This document shows, in pieces, positions 8,960 to 18,001 of a stretch of 64,000 bases of DNA; positions within the stretch are counted from its first letter, which is position 1; every line of letters starts with the position of its first letter. The notes under the pieces are model-generated. The model was not told the origin of the DNA. It saw only the letters and a program-made list of their open reading frames with translations, and made no database searches. A program made the translations under genes and the position numbers. The DNA is from a virus (Duplodnaviria; Caudoviricetes), in IMG/VR virus record IMGVR_UViG_2974621193_000001, positions 1-64,000 of that record; one strand, 5' to 3'.

Positions 8960-10684
8960 ATGAGTTCAGGATTGCTTGGCCCCAACGGCCAGCCCATTGG
9001 TCAGTACATGGAGTTCGCGGGGCGACCCAAGAACCCCAAGCCGGTCGTCGGTGACGCCTACTCCGACTGGGGTGGACTGAGCAAGGACTTCATGCATCTC
9101 CCTGGCGGCGGTGTGATCGGCTTCGATACTTCCAAGCTCGGCATCCGAGACTTCCGGCGTATGCGCGAGCATTACCAGATCGGATCGAGTCTCCACGTTC
9201 TTACCTTCATGCTGCATCAGCTTGACTGGCGCGTGGAGTGCGACGACCAGAAGGTTGCCGACTGGTGCACGGTCAACCTCGAGATGGTGTGGACTCGACT
9301 GATCCGCGCCATGTCTACCGCGTTCGCGTTTGGCTTCAGTGCCAACGCTGTTGAGTGGGAGAACGACACCAACGAGGGCAAGCTTCGGCTGAACAAGATC
9401 AAGGACCTGGTTCCCGAGGAGTGCGAGGTTGCTTGGAAGTATGTGGACTCCGCACTCAAGCCTGAGGGTCACGTCGCCGCTCCGAAGGTTCCGATCTTCG
9501 ATGGCATCTCGAAGCGGGGCACCTCATACAAGATCGAGGTCACGAACAGTCTGTGGTATCCGCTGCTTATGGAGAATGGAAACTACAAGGGGCGTCAGCT
9601 ACTGCGTACTGCGTTTCAGCCGTGGTTCTTCAGCACTCTCATTCATCTGTACCAGAACAAGTACTTCGAGCGATTCGGTGAGCCGGTCCCTATCGGACGT
9701 GCGCCTTACAATGACAAGGTCACGAAGAATGGTAAGACCATCTACGGCTACGACCTCATGGCTACCATCCTCGGAAACATCCGCTCCCGCAGCGCCGTCG
9801 TCCTTCCGAACAGCCGCAGCAAAGAAGGAATGAACGATCAGCCTGAGTACGACTACCAGGTTGAATACCTCGAGTCGCAGATGCGTGGCGCGGACTTCGA
9901 GCGCTACCTCACCCGCCTCGACGAGGAGATGTCCCTTGCACTCTTTACGCCCCTACTGCTGCTGCGGACAGCTGATGCAGGTGGATTTAACCAGGGGATT
10001 GCTCACACTCAGATGTACCTGTGGATGCTCAACGCTGTGGCGGGTGACATGGCAGAGTATATCGACAAGTACGTTCTGCGGTACATGGCAATCTACAACT
10101 TCGGACCGAGGGCCAAGCTCCCACGAATCCGCTTTCGGAAGCTAGGCACGGCGCAGCAGGAGACCTTGCGCGCCATCGTGCAGGCACTGATCAGCAAGGG
10201 TACCGTCAAGCCCGACGTGACCGAGCTCGGTCAGCACATCGGCCTCACCCTTGAGGAAGTCGAAGAGGTCACCGAGCCGGTCGAGGACCCAGAGTTCCCG
10301 AACAACGACGACGAGCCTGACGACAACGGCAACAAGGATGGGCGAGTCGGGCGGCCTGAGCGGCTGAAGGATCAGGACGGCATCAAGCCAGGGTCGACCA
10401 CCAAGCAGATCAGCGCTCGTATCGCGGAGCAGATCAAGCGCGCATACAAGAAGAACGATTTGCTCGATTGGCAACCGGCCCCCGGATTCGCCCGCCAATT
10501 GACCGGCGAACTACAAGCAATGGGGCATATGGACGCCCGGCGGGCCGCGTCGGTGTTCAACGACACCGTGATCGGTACGCTCGCCGAAACAGCAAAGCTC
10601 GACTGGGATTCCGCGGATGATTTCGTAGCTTACGCGGAAGGAATCATCAAGGCCGAAGGAGAGAAGCTCTATGCCTCTGCCTGA
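8960..10684 (+). CDS. Portal protein (DUF935/Mu gp29-like)
   Basis: Position after TerL; N-terminal LLGPNGQPI; ERFGEPVPIG; size 574 aa; SD AGGAG. Confidence 0.9.
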   Translation: MSSGLLGPNGQPIGQYMEFAGRPKNPKPVVGDAYSDWGGLSKDFMHLPGGGVIGFDTSKLGIRDFRRMREHYQIGSSLHVLTFMLHQLDWRVECDDQKVADWCTVNLEMVWTRLIRAMSTAFAFGFSANAVEWENDTNEGKLRLNKIKDLVPEECEVAWKYVDSALKPEGHVAAPKVPIFDGISKRGTSYKIEVTNSLWYPLLMENGNYKGRQLLRTAFQPWFFSTLIHLYQNKYFERFGEPVPIGRAPYNDKVTKNGKTIYGYDLMATILGNIRSRSAVVLPNSRSKEGMNDQPEYDYQVEYLESQMRGADFERYLTRLDEEMSLALFTPLLLLRTADAGGFNQGIAHTQMYLWMLNAVAGDMAEYIDKYVLRYMAIYNFGPRAKLPRIRFRKLGTAQQETLRAIVQALISKGTVKPDVTELGQHIGLTLEEVEEVTEPVEDPEFPNNDDEPDDNGNKDGRVGRPERLKDQDGIKPGSTTKQISARIAEQIKRAYKKNDLLDWQPAPGFARQLTGELQAMGHMDARRAASVFNDTVIGTLAETAKLDWDSADDFVAYAEGIIKAEGEKLYASA

Positions 10685-12449
10685 CATCACACTCGATCCA
10701 ACCGAGTATGGACGGGTCACATTCACTGGACTCATCTCCATACTCGACTCTATCTCCGACCCCGACGACATACCAGACAAGGCTGGCGTAACCGGCGTCA
10801 TCATCTTCAAGCCGAGTGTCGGAGCACTGAAGTTCCTCGGTGCAAGTCCAATGTTCACGCTGATGCTCTCGAGTCGTGAGGTCAACCTAGTCAACGCACA
10901 GGTGGACGAGCAGGGGCGCAAGTACATCAAGCTCGAAGCGAGCTCGGCCCACGCCACGCCAGAGTCCTTCACCTGGACGGCGGTCTTCAGTCTGTCCTAC
11001 AACGGCGTGATGCTGAACCTGCCAGACTGCAAGTTCGCTTTGATGCCCGGCCAGGAGCTCGACCTGTCTACAGTAATCGACGCAAGTGAGGCAACTTACT
11101 ACACGCCGATCCAGCTCTCGGCAGCGGTTGCGGCGCGGGAGGGCGCAGAGGCTGCGCGGGATGAGGCGGTCGAGGCGCGGGATGAGGCGGTCGAAACTGT
11201 GTCGGGCATCCCAACTGAAGTTTTGACAATACCGGTCGCCGACGCCACGTATGCCACGACCGCGCAAGGTAGTAAGGCGGACACTGCCGTGCAACCTGCC
11301 GCGCTCACCAGCGCGGTCGCCCAGCGCGCTCCGGCTCTCACGCTGCCACTGAAACGCCGCGCATTCCACGGCGCCTACTTCAACGCCGCACGAGGCCGTG
11401 CCATCCGTGTCGCGGTCATTGGATCGTCAACATCTGAAGGGGCGGGCACCTCGAACTTGCAGGACCGCTACATTGACCAGTTGGGTATGCGGTTACAGCG
11501 CGGCATGATGCTCAACTCGCCGACGTCGTTGTATCAGCCGCGGTTCCTCCCGACGTGGTGGGCGACCTCCACGTTCACCAATCCGGTGCTGGCGGGGTCG
11601 ACGCGCACGTTCCCCACTGATCCCACCTATACGACGTGGTACGGCCCCGGTGGGCGTGACTGCCGTATCGACTCCGGCGCAACACCCGGGTCGATCACCT
11701 GGACGTTGCAGAACGCACGCCGGGTGCGGGTGTGGCATGTGAAGTCCGCCTCCGGTGGGGTCATCCAGTACACGATCGACGGCACGGTCACCGCCGCCCT
11801 GCCGACATGGAACGCGGCAAGCCTCACCGTCGGACACCGCACCGACTGGATCGACCTGGGCACTCTCGGGTTTCACACCTTCAAGCTCAGCGCGGACGCC
11901 TCCAACGGAGCCACCGTGTGCGGACTGGAAGTGTCGACGGTCGGCTCCGACGCCGAAGAGGCCAACCAGGTACATGTCTACGACTTCGCCCGATCTGGCT
12001 CCGACATCATCACGTCCTCCTACATCAACTCGGCGTGGCGGGACTACCAGCTGGAGTGGCTGAAGACGGTGCAGCCCGACTTGATCATTCTCGGCTTCGG
12101 CTCGAATGCGTACGCCTCGAAGGCTGCGACGCCAGCGTTGATCGAGTCGAATATGCGGGCGTTCATCGCCGACGCGCATACGAAGATGGGGTCGTACCCG
12201 TCGTGGCTGCTGGTGGGCCAGCAGGCGCGGGAGGAGCCGGCGTCGCCGCTCGCGCCGTGGGCCGACTATGTCGCCCGCATGAAGGCCATCGCCGATGACA
12301 CGTCCGGGGTGTCGTTCCTGGACTGGTCGACGCGAGTGCCGTCGTACGCGGCGGACTCCACCTGGTATGCCGACGCCGCACACCTCAATCGGATCGGTCA
12401 TGCGATGGGTGCGGCGATGACAGCGCAGGAACTCATCGGCGCGCTCTGA
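10671..12449 (+). CDS. Virion-associated minor tail/fibre-type protein with C-terminal SGNH esterase domain
   Basis: SGNH blocks IGSSTS, SG, GFGSN, DAAH; N-terminus resembles actinophage minor tail adaptor; ARDEAVE repeat linker. Confidence 0.7.
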   Translation: MPLPDITLDPTEYGRVTFTGLISILDSISDPDDIPDKAGVTGVIIFKPSVGALKFLGASPMFTLMLSSREVNLVNAQVDEQGRKYIKLEASSAHATPESFTWTAVFSLSYNGVMLNLPDCKFALMPGQELDLSTVIDASEATYYTPIQLSAAVAAREGAEAARDEAVEARDEAVETVSGIPTEVLTIPVADATYATTAQGSKADTAVQPAALTSAVAQRAPALTLPLKRRAFHGAYFNAARGRAIRVAVIGSSTSEGAGTSNLQDRYIDQLGMRLQRGMMLNSPTSLYQPRFLPTWWATSTFTNPVLAGSTRTFPTDPTYTTWYGPGGRDCRIDSGATPGSITWTLQNARRVRVWHVKSASGGVIQYTIDGTVTAALPTWNAASLTVGHRTDWIDLGTLGFHTFKLSADASNGATVCGLEVSTVGSDAEEANQVHVYDFARSGSDIITSSYINSAWRDYQLEWLKTVQPDLIILGFGSNAYASKAATPALIESNMRAFIADAHTKMGSYPSWLLVGQQAREEPASPLAPWADYVARMKAIADDTSGVSFLDWSTRVPSYAADSTWYADAAHLNRIGHAMGAAMTAQELIGAL

Positions 12450-12518
12450 TCACCCGCCCATAACCCCGGATATACCGCGCGCGGTTTGTTATTGACTCAT
12501 AATAGAAAGATTGGTGCT

Positions 12519-12824
12519 ATGAAACCAGAGTCGAGACACCCACTGAGGTGTACGTGCAGGACGCAGCCGCTGCTGGCTTACTACGGCAGGAACAACAGAG
12601 GTCGGGCGTTTGTCCACGTAGCTTCATTCAAGAACAAGCGTCCGATCTCGCAGGTCTACACCACTGCACCCATATCAATCTGGTGCCCGTCGTGTGGGAA
12701 GTGGTGGAACATCTTCGTCAAGAATGAGAAGCTCACTGCGGAAGAGCGACAGAGTGCTCCGCCGGTACCCGAGCAAAAATCCAAATCGCGGGTATTGCTG
12801 GACAACCCGCCCGATGACCAGTAA
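12519..12824 (+). CDS. Zinc-ribbon protein (Mu Com-like pattern)
   Basis: LRCTC...WCPSCG Cys pairs; ATG at 12519. Confidence 0.6.
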   Translation: MKPESRHPLRCTCRTQPLLAYYGRNNRGRAFVHVASFKNKRPISQVYTTAPISIWCPSCGKWWNIFVKNEKLTAEERQSAPPVPEQKSKSRVLLDNPPDDQ

Positions 12825-12827
12825 GGT
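12799..12827 (+). promoter_or_regulatory. Putative promoter for capsid genes
   Basis: TGGACA-17-TAAGGT; shares TGCTGGACA with the portal promoter. Confidence 0.45.
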
Positions 12828-12838
12828 TCGGTGACATT

Positions 12839-14062
12839 ATGACAACCGCCACGCTATCGCCCGCGCAGAGGCGGAACTGCGTCTTCGTTCGCAACCTCGG
12901 TGCGCCGGTCAAGACCTACGAAAAGCAGGTCGATGACAAGTCGGGCAACGGAGGCACGGTCGAGGCACTCATCGTGGAGGGCAAGCCGATCTTCCGGAGC
13001 GGCACGTTCTCCGACAGCATGGGCATCGAGCATACGTGGGAAACGCTGCACATGCAGCAGATGGTGGACCACGCAACGCTTCTGTCCAGCCGTGGAATCT
13101 TCGAAGATGTCCCGGTGCGCAAGGGTCATCCCGACTGGGGCGGTCTGTTCAGCGATCCGGTTCGGAACGCTATGGACGAGCTCATCGGGTACATGGGCAA
13201 CTTCCGTACCGAGGAACGGGTCAATCCGGCAGACGGACAGACCTACACATACTTGCTCGCCGACCTCGAGATTCTCGAAGAGACCGCGATCAAGAACATC
13301 AAGTCCGGTCTCTGGCGGAACGTTTCCGCCGAGATCAGCACATACGTCACCAACGGCAATGCCGAGTACTGGCCAGTGATGTACGGGGTGGCCTACGTAG
13401 ACATCCCGGCTGTCGAGGGTCTCAAGGCTCAGCATTCGAAGGCGGCGAACCAATTCAGCATCATCTTGGAGGAAGACATGGGATCGACGCCCAGCAACCC
13501 GAACCCCCCGGTTCCGGCTGAGCAGAACACCACCGGCGAGCAGAACAACCAGGGTGGCAGCAACCACAGCGCCCCGGCTCCGACGCCGACCCCCGCCTTC
13601 GCGTTCAGCATCGGCGGCAAGCAGACCACCGACTTCGCTGCGGTGCAGGCTCACATCAACGGCATCGAGACCGAGAACGCTTCGCTGAAGCAGTTCAAGC
13701 AGGAATCGGTCGAGGCGGGTCGCGCGGCGTTCGTCAAGTCGCTCGTCGAGACCAACCGTGTTCCGGCCACCGAGGAGCAGAAGTTCCTCGACTACGCCAA
13801 GAAGCAGACCGACGAGAGCTTCGCCGAGTGGAAGTCCATGATGGAAGCGATTCCGGTCATGGGCATCGCCACCCCTCAGGGCGCCGGGTTCTCGCAGAGC
13901 CACGATCAGACCCAGCAGACCGACGCCAAGGCGGAGCGCATCGACGTGCTCAAGTCCATCGTCTCGGCTCATCAGATGGGCAACCGGATGACCACCGCCC
14001 AGATCATGGAGCAGGACTCGTACAAGGAGCTCCTGCGACTCGAGCCGACCTTCACCCTCTAG
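12839..14062 (+). CDS. Capsid maturation protease / scaffold fusion (Mu gpI-like)
   Basis: IFRSGTF, VRKGH, NVSAE, GVAYVDIPAVEGL motifs; disordered linker then helical scaffold; position before capsid. Confidence 0.85.
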   Translation: MTTATLSPAQRRNCVFVRNLGAPVKTYEKQVDDKSGNGGTVEALIVEGKPIFRSGTFSDSMGIEHTWETLHMQQMVDHATLLSSRGIFEDVPVRKGHPDWGGLFSDPVRNAMDELIGYMGNFRTEERVNPADGQTYTYLLADLEILEETAIKNIKSGLWRNVSAEISTYVTNGNAEYWPVMYGVAYVDIPAVEGLKAQHSKAANQFSIILEEDMGSTPSNPNPPVPAEQNTTGEQNNQGGSNHSAPAPTPTPAFAFSIGGKQTTDFAAVQAHINGIETENASLKQFKQESVEAGRAAFVKSLVETNRVPATEEQKFLDYAKKQTDESFAEWKSMMEAIPVMGIATPQGAGFSQSHDQTQQTDAKAERIDVLKSIVSAHQMGNRMTTAQIMEQDSYKELLRLEPTFTL

Positions 14063-14098
14063 GTTCGCGGCCACCCTCAAGAAGAAGGAAGAAACACA

Positions 14099-14578
14099 AT
14101 GGCTGATTTCGTCAAGGGCCGCGAAGAGTACGCGGTCCACGGCAAGCGCCAGATCCTCCGGCACGCACACCCCGGCGCGTACACGGTGGTCTCCAAGACC
14201 ATCTCGCACGAGGCCTTCCCGGTGGCCGAGGATGCAGACGGCAATCCCGACTACGTGCTGCAGGAGGGCGAGGTCATGGTCACCCTGACCTCCGGCCCGC
14301 ACGCAGGCAAGTGCGTCCCGTTCCAGGAGTTCCAGGCAGACGGCACGACCGCCTTCACTGACGGTCGCTCGACCCTCGCCAACCTGGTCGGCGTCTGCAA
14401 GGACTACTTCGGCTGGGAGCTCTCCGAGCGCGATGTCGAAGCGGGCATCCTCGATCGGGGTCACCTGGTGCAGAACTGGTGCACCGTTCGTGATCCAGAC
14501 GGGAACCGGGTCACGATGACCAACGCGGTAGCCGACGCGCTCCGTAGCAAGAAGAACCTCGACATCCTCTTCTCGTAA
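14099..14578 (+). CDS. Capsid decoration protein
   Basis: Position between protease and capsid gene, 159 aa, highly expressed codon bias. Confidence 0.65.
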   Translation: MADFVKGREEYAVHGKRQILRHAHPGAYTVVSKTISHEAFPVAEDADGNPDYVLQEGEVMVTLTSGPHAGKCVPFQEFQADGTTAFTDGRSTLANLVGVCKDYFGWELSERDVEAGILDRGHLVQNWCTVRDPDGNRVTMTNAVADALRSKKNLDILFS

Positions 14579-14590
14579 GGAGACGAACAA

Positions 14591-15790
14591 GTGACCGCAT
14601 CACTGGGCATGTTCAACAAGCCCCAGCCCACTGCCCACGGCGCGCAGCCGCTGGACAAGCTCATCCGCAAGGAGGTGGCGCTCGGCGTCATCAAGGAGAT
14701 CGTCAAGCCCGAGGACCACCTCGGCCTGACCCTCTTTCCCTTCAAGGACGTGCCGACCGATGACTACATCTTCTCGTACGTCAAGGGTCTGACCACCGGC
14801 CTGGCCCCCGCCATCGCCGAGTCGGCCGAGTCGGAACTGGCCCAGAAGGACAGCGGCCTGGCCAACCAGGGTCGCGCGTCGATCATCGACTGGCGACTCA
14901 AGGACCACTACGACGCCGCCGACGTGCAGCGTTTCCTGGACCTGCAGCTGCTCGCCGAGGCGAACCAGTTCGGCCCCTACGGTCTGCCCAACACCCTGCT
15001 GGGTGACATCAACCAGCTGCCGCAGCGGATGCAGCGCGACACCGAAGAGCGTCGCCGCCGCCTCGACAACCGAGCCGAATGGCTCATCATGCAGTCGCTG
15101 TCCAACGGCGGCATCGCTTACAACGACGGGAACATCAAGTTCTCCGTCGACTGGAAGCGTCCGGTCGATCAGCAGGCACAGACGCCGGCCTCGGGCACCT
15201 ACGCCAGCACCACTCACGATCCCATCGGGGACATCAACAAGATCAAGCGACTGATCTACAATCGCTACGGCGTGCTGATCACTCGCGCGATCTGCTCGAA
15301 CAAGTTCCTGTTGAGCCTCATCAACTCGGACAAGTTCATCCTGCGTGCGGGTCTCGGCACCGCGTCCAACTCGGGCATCACCCAGTCGGACGTGCCGTAC
15401 CTGATCAACGGCTGGGGTCCGCAGGTCGCCATCGACATCGTCGAGCAGCAGACCGGCATCAAGTTCATCGAGTACGATTCGGGCTACCGCAGCAAGCCGG
15501 ACTTCGCTCAGGGGCCGGTCACCTTCAATCGGTACCTGCCCGAGAACCGGGTGATCTTCCTGCCGGACGACAACGCGATGGCCGAGTACGACTCCTCGGA
15601 CATCGGCCTCGGCAAGATGCTGACCAGCCCGCACAGCATGGGCAACGGGTCCGCAGGGTTCTACATGTGGGAGCAGGACACCACGGACCCCTGGGGCAAG
15701 AACGTGGGCACCGGGATCAAGATGTTCCCGCTATTTCCTCACATGGAATTGACTTACACGATGGATGTCACGCTCCCGGCCGACCTCTGA
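14591..15790 (+). CDS. Major capsid protein (lambda gpE-like family)
   Basis: 399 aa, extreme GC3 bias, gpE-like features (RRRLDNRAEWLIMQSL, VDWKRP, DPIGDI). Confidence 0.9.
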   Translation: MTASLGMFNKPQPTAHGAQPLDKLIRKEVALGVIKEIVKPEDHLGLTLFPFKDVPTDDYIFSYVKGLTTGLAPAIAESAESELAQKDSGLANQGRASIIDWRLKDHYDAADVQRFLDLQLLAEANQFGPYGLPNTLLGDINQLPQRMQRDTEERRRRLDNRAEWLIMQSLSNGGIAYNDGNIKFSVDWKRPVDQQAQTPASGTYASTTHDPIGDINKIKRLIYNRYGVLITRAICSNKFLLSLINSDKFILRAGLGTASNSGITQSDVPYLINGWGPQVAIDIVEQQTGIKFIEYDSGYRSKPDFAQGPVTFNRYLPENRVIFLPDDNAMAEYDSSDIGLGKMLTSPHSMGNGSAGFYMWEQDTTDPWGKNVGTGIKMFPLFPHMELTYTMDVTLPADL

Positions 15791-16365
15791 TTCAGGTTGT
15801 GCGGTGTTTCCATTTATGTTACTATCAATAAATGGAAACACCGCAACCGCCACAGGTACCAGAGGCCTTTAGAGTTCCACCAAAGTCAATTCCGGCTTTG
15901 GTACAAAAGAATACAGTAAGTCAGAATGGTCATCGAGTGGGTCGTCGGCCAGTAATGTTTGACGACGACGGACTGAAGCCGTGTAGTTCTTGTAAGGAAC
16001 GACTCCCCAGGGAGTCGTTCGACAGAAATAGGCGCATGGCGAGCGGTTATGCTTCGCAATGCAAAACCTGCTTCAGAAACAAGGGTTACACAGACGAGGC
16101 GTCACGCTCGGAGTACAGGTTCCAAAGAAAATACGGAATCAGTATGCAAGAGTATGATCGAATGTTTGATGACCAGTGCGGGAGATGCAAGCTGTGTGGA
16201 CAGTCTCCCGAGGGGTCGAGGTATAGCAAGTTATATATCGACCACAATCACCAGACCGGCAAGGTTCGCGGACTTCTTTGTATCGAATGTAATTTCGGTC
16301 TAGGCAAGTTCAAGGACAATGCAGAATTGCTGGACAGAGCGAGTGATTACGTTCGCCAAGATGGG
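15764..16365 (+). mobile_element. Free-standing homing endonuclease cassette inserted in the 3' end of the capsid gene
   Basis: DVTLPADL-stop encoded twice (15764-15790 and 16366-16392) with synonymous differences; AT-richer interior. Confidence 0.75.
15797..15844 (+). promoter_or_regulatory. Promoter plus hairpin sequestering the endonuclease start codon
   Basis: TTGTGC-17-TACTAT with TG extension; perfect 17-bp inverted repeat 15801-15817/15828-15844 covering ATG 15832. Confidence 0.75.
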
Positions 16366-16392
16366 GACGTGACCCTCCCCGCCGATCTCTGA
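15832..16392 (+). CDS. Endonuclease VII-family (His-Me finger) homing endonuclease
   Basis: KYGIS..EYDRMF..Q.GRCKLCG, IDHNHQTGKVRGLLCIECNFGLG; N-terminal CxxC...CxxC. Confidence 0.92.
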   Translation: METPQPPQVPEAFRVPPKSIPALVQKNTVSQNGHRVGRRPVMFDDDGLKPCSSCKERLPRESFDRNRRMASGYASQCKTCFRNKGYTDEASRSEYRFQRKYGISMQEYDRMFDDQCGRCKLCGQSPEGSRYSKLYIDHNHQTGKVRGLLCIECNFGLGKFKDNAELLDRASDYVRQDGDVTLPADL

Positions 16393-16413
16393 TCGGGAAA
16401 GGAGTAAAACGAC

Positions 16414-16608
16414 ATGGCCTCCAAGAGTACCGTCGTCGTGAAGAAGAAGGGCGCCCGAGGTGGCGTCAACCCCGGAACCGCAGGCACCGGCGCAGGGCTC
16501 CTGCCCTACGGTGCACAGACGGGGGGACAGTCCAGCGCCGATCCGGTCAAGTCGGTGAAGGCGACGCAGGACAAGAACCGTCGGGCCATCGGCTACGGCG
16601 AGCGCTGA
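16414..16608 (+). CDS. Hypothetical virion-region protein (64 aa)
   Basis: SD GAAAGGAG; GC3 bias. Confidence 0.7.
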   Translation: MASKSTVVVKKKGARGGVNPGTAGTGAGLLPYGAQTGGQSSADPVKSVKATQDKNRRAIGYGER

Positions 16609-16615
16609 TCGAGGA

Positions 16616-16654
16616 GCCCCGTCCGAGTTTTCTTCCCCTTAACTCGGACGGGGC
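16616..16654 (+). terminator. Intergenic stem-loop (terminator or processing site)
   Basis: Perfect 14-bp inverted repeat GCCCCGTCCGAGTT/AACTCGGACGGGGC; no U-tract. Confidence 0.55.
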
Positions 16655-16678
16655 GACTCCGTCTCAACAAGGAGCATC

Positions 16679-16993
16679 ATGGCAGAGAACAACCAGGTTG
16701 TCGAGGACGCGAAGGCCGAAGACAACCTCCCGATCGGTCGCCCCGACTCGCCCAACGCCGAGGAGCCCGCCAACGAGGTGGACGCAATTCTCTACTCGGA
16801 CGAGGAGCGCGAGGACTACCAGCGCTTCGGCGCGACCCCGCCGCCCGAGCATCCGAACTTCGGGGCCACGTACTTCGATAACAAGTCGGAGGACAAGGAC
16901 TCGGACAAGGAAGAGACCAAGAAAGAGGAACCGAAGCAGGCAACCCCGCCGACCCCGGCTGCACCGCCCGCTCCGTCCGCGCCGAAGAACTGA
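16679..16993 (+). CDS. Acidic Pro-rich hypothetical protein (104 aa)
   Basis: SD AAGGAG; GC3 bias. Confidence 0.7.
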   Translation: MAENNQVVEDAKAEDNLPIGRPDSPNAEEPANEVDAILYSDEEREDYQRFGATPPPEHPNFGATYFDNKSEDKDSDKEETKKEEPKQATPPTPAAPPAPSAPKN

Positions 16994-17000
16994 GTGACAG

Positions 17001-17516
17001 ATGCCGAACCGCCCCGTGTACTGCACAACCGCTTCGATCCAGACGCATGTGCAGAACATCAAGCTCCCCTCGGGTGCAACCTGGGAGAGCTTGGCTGAGA
17101 CTGCCTCTAACGAGGTGGACTCTCGGTTGGGGCTTCGGTATGTCACCCCCTTCCAGGTCTCACCCAACGATCCATCTCAGCGCGCCACTGCATACTGGCT
17201 GCAGAATGTTACCAGCATGATCGCGGCGGCGCGTCTGATGCTTTCCATTTCAGCGCCCGGTTCGCAGGACAACGCCAACAGCTACGGTCAGTACCTACTG
17301 CAGAATGCAGGCAGGTTGATCGACGACGTAGTCTCGGCCAAGGTTGACCTCACAGGCGTACCGGAGGTCGCGGCGAATGACTCGGTCATTCAGGGTCCGA
17401 CCATCCTCAACGAAGATGCTTTCTCTCAGGTCGACGTGTTCTATGACAACTTCGCGCCCGAGGGAATCATGCCCGGCTTGAAGCCCCGCGAGAAGGGAAC
17501 GCCGTGGCCGAGGTAG
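17001..17516 (+). CDS. Head-to-tail adaptor (Mu gp36-like)
   Basis: ASNEVDSRLGLRYVTP pattern; position. Confidence 0.75.
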   Translation: MPNRPVYCTTASIQTHVQNIKLPSGATWESLAETASNEVDSRLGLRYVTPFQVSPNDPSQRATAYWLQNVTSMIAAARLMLSISAPGSQDNANSYGQYLLQNAGRLIDDVVSAKVDLTGVPEVAANDSVIQGPTILNEDAFSQVDVFYDNFAPEGIMPGLKPREKGTPWPR

Positions 17517-18001
17517 TTCTCGAGACGATTGTCGACGTCAGTCGTCCCACACTCCGAATCAAGGCGTACCAGGATAAGGTAGAGGGCGCATCCCTTGCAG
17601 CATTCATGCAGGGATTCGCTGCCCCACTTCTTCAGGAACGAGCACACGATCGCTTCGAGGGGGAGGGTGACGACGCTTCCGGCAAGTGGAAGCCGCTCCA
17701 GCCCTCGACCATTGCCCGACGCGAGAAGGCCGGACACGTCCCCATCAAGATCAACGACAGGACCGGCGCAATGCGGGCCTGGGTGGAGAGTGCGCAGGGC
17801 CGGATCACCGCGGTCAAGTACGCGGCAGTACTTGAATGGCCAGGCACTCCATCCAATCGGACGGTCGGCAAGAAGCTCAAGGTTGCACAGATGGGCCTGC
17901 CTACTCCGTACACGCCTCCTCGCCCTGTCGTCGCGGTCGATGGTGAAGACCTGTTGACGATACTTGTTGCGATGGAGAATTGGATGGGAGCGGTTCCGTG
18001 A
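17504..18001 (+). CDS. Neck / tail completion protein (virion morphogenesis, Mu gpG-like)
   Basis: RFEGEG...KWKPLQPSTIARR...DRTGAMR pattern. Confidence 0.75.
   Translation: MAEVVLETIVDVSRPTLRIKAYQDKVEGASLAAFMQGFAAPLLQERAHDRFEGEGDDASGKWKPLQPSTIARREKAGHVPIKINDRTGAMRAWVESAQGRITAVKYAAVLEWPGTPSNRTVGKKLKVAQMGLPTPYTPPRPVVAVDGEDLLTILVAMENWMGAVP

Noticed and set aside
11154-11194. 21-bp tandem repeat as a variable-number element
   Set aside because: Only two copies, in frame, encoding a helical linker
12492-12521. TTGACT upstream of the zinc-ribbon gene as a promoter
   Set aside because: No convincing TANNNT at 16-18 bp spacing
15763-16364. Group I intron reading of the endonuclease cassette (U...G junction rule is formally satisfiable)
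   Set aside because: The ORF fills almost the whole insert, no P3-P7 core was recognised, and the capsid gene is already complete without splicing; RT-PCR would settle it
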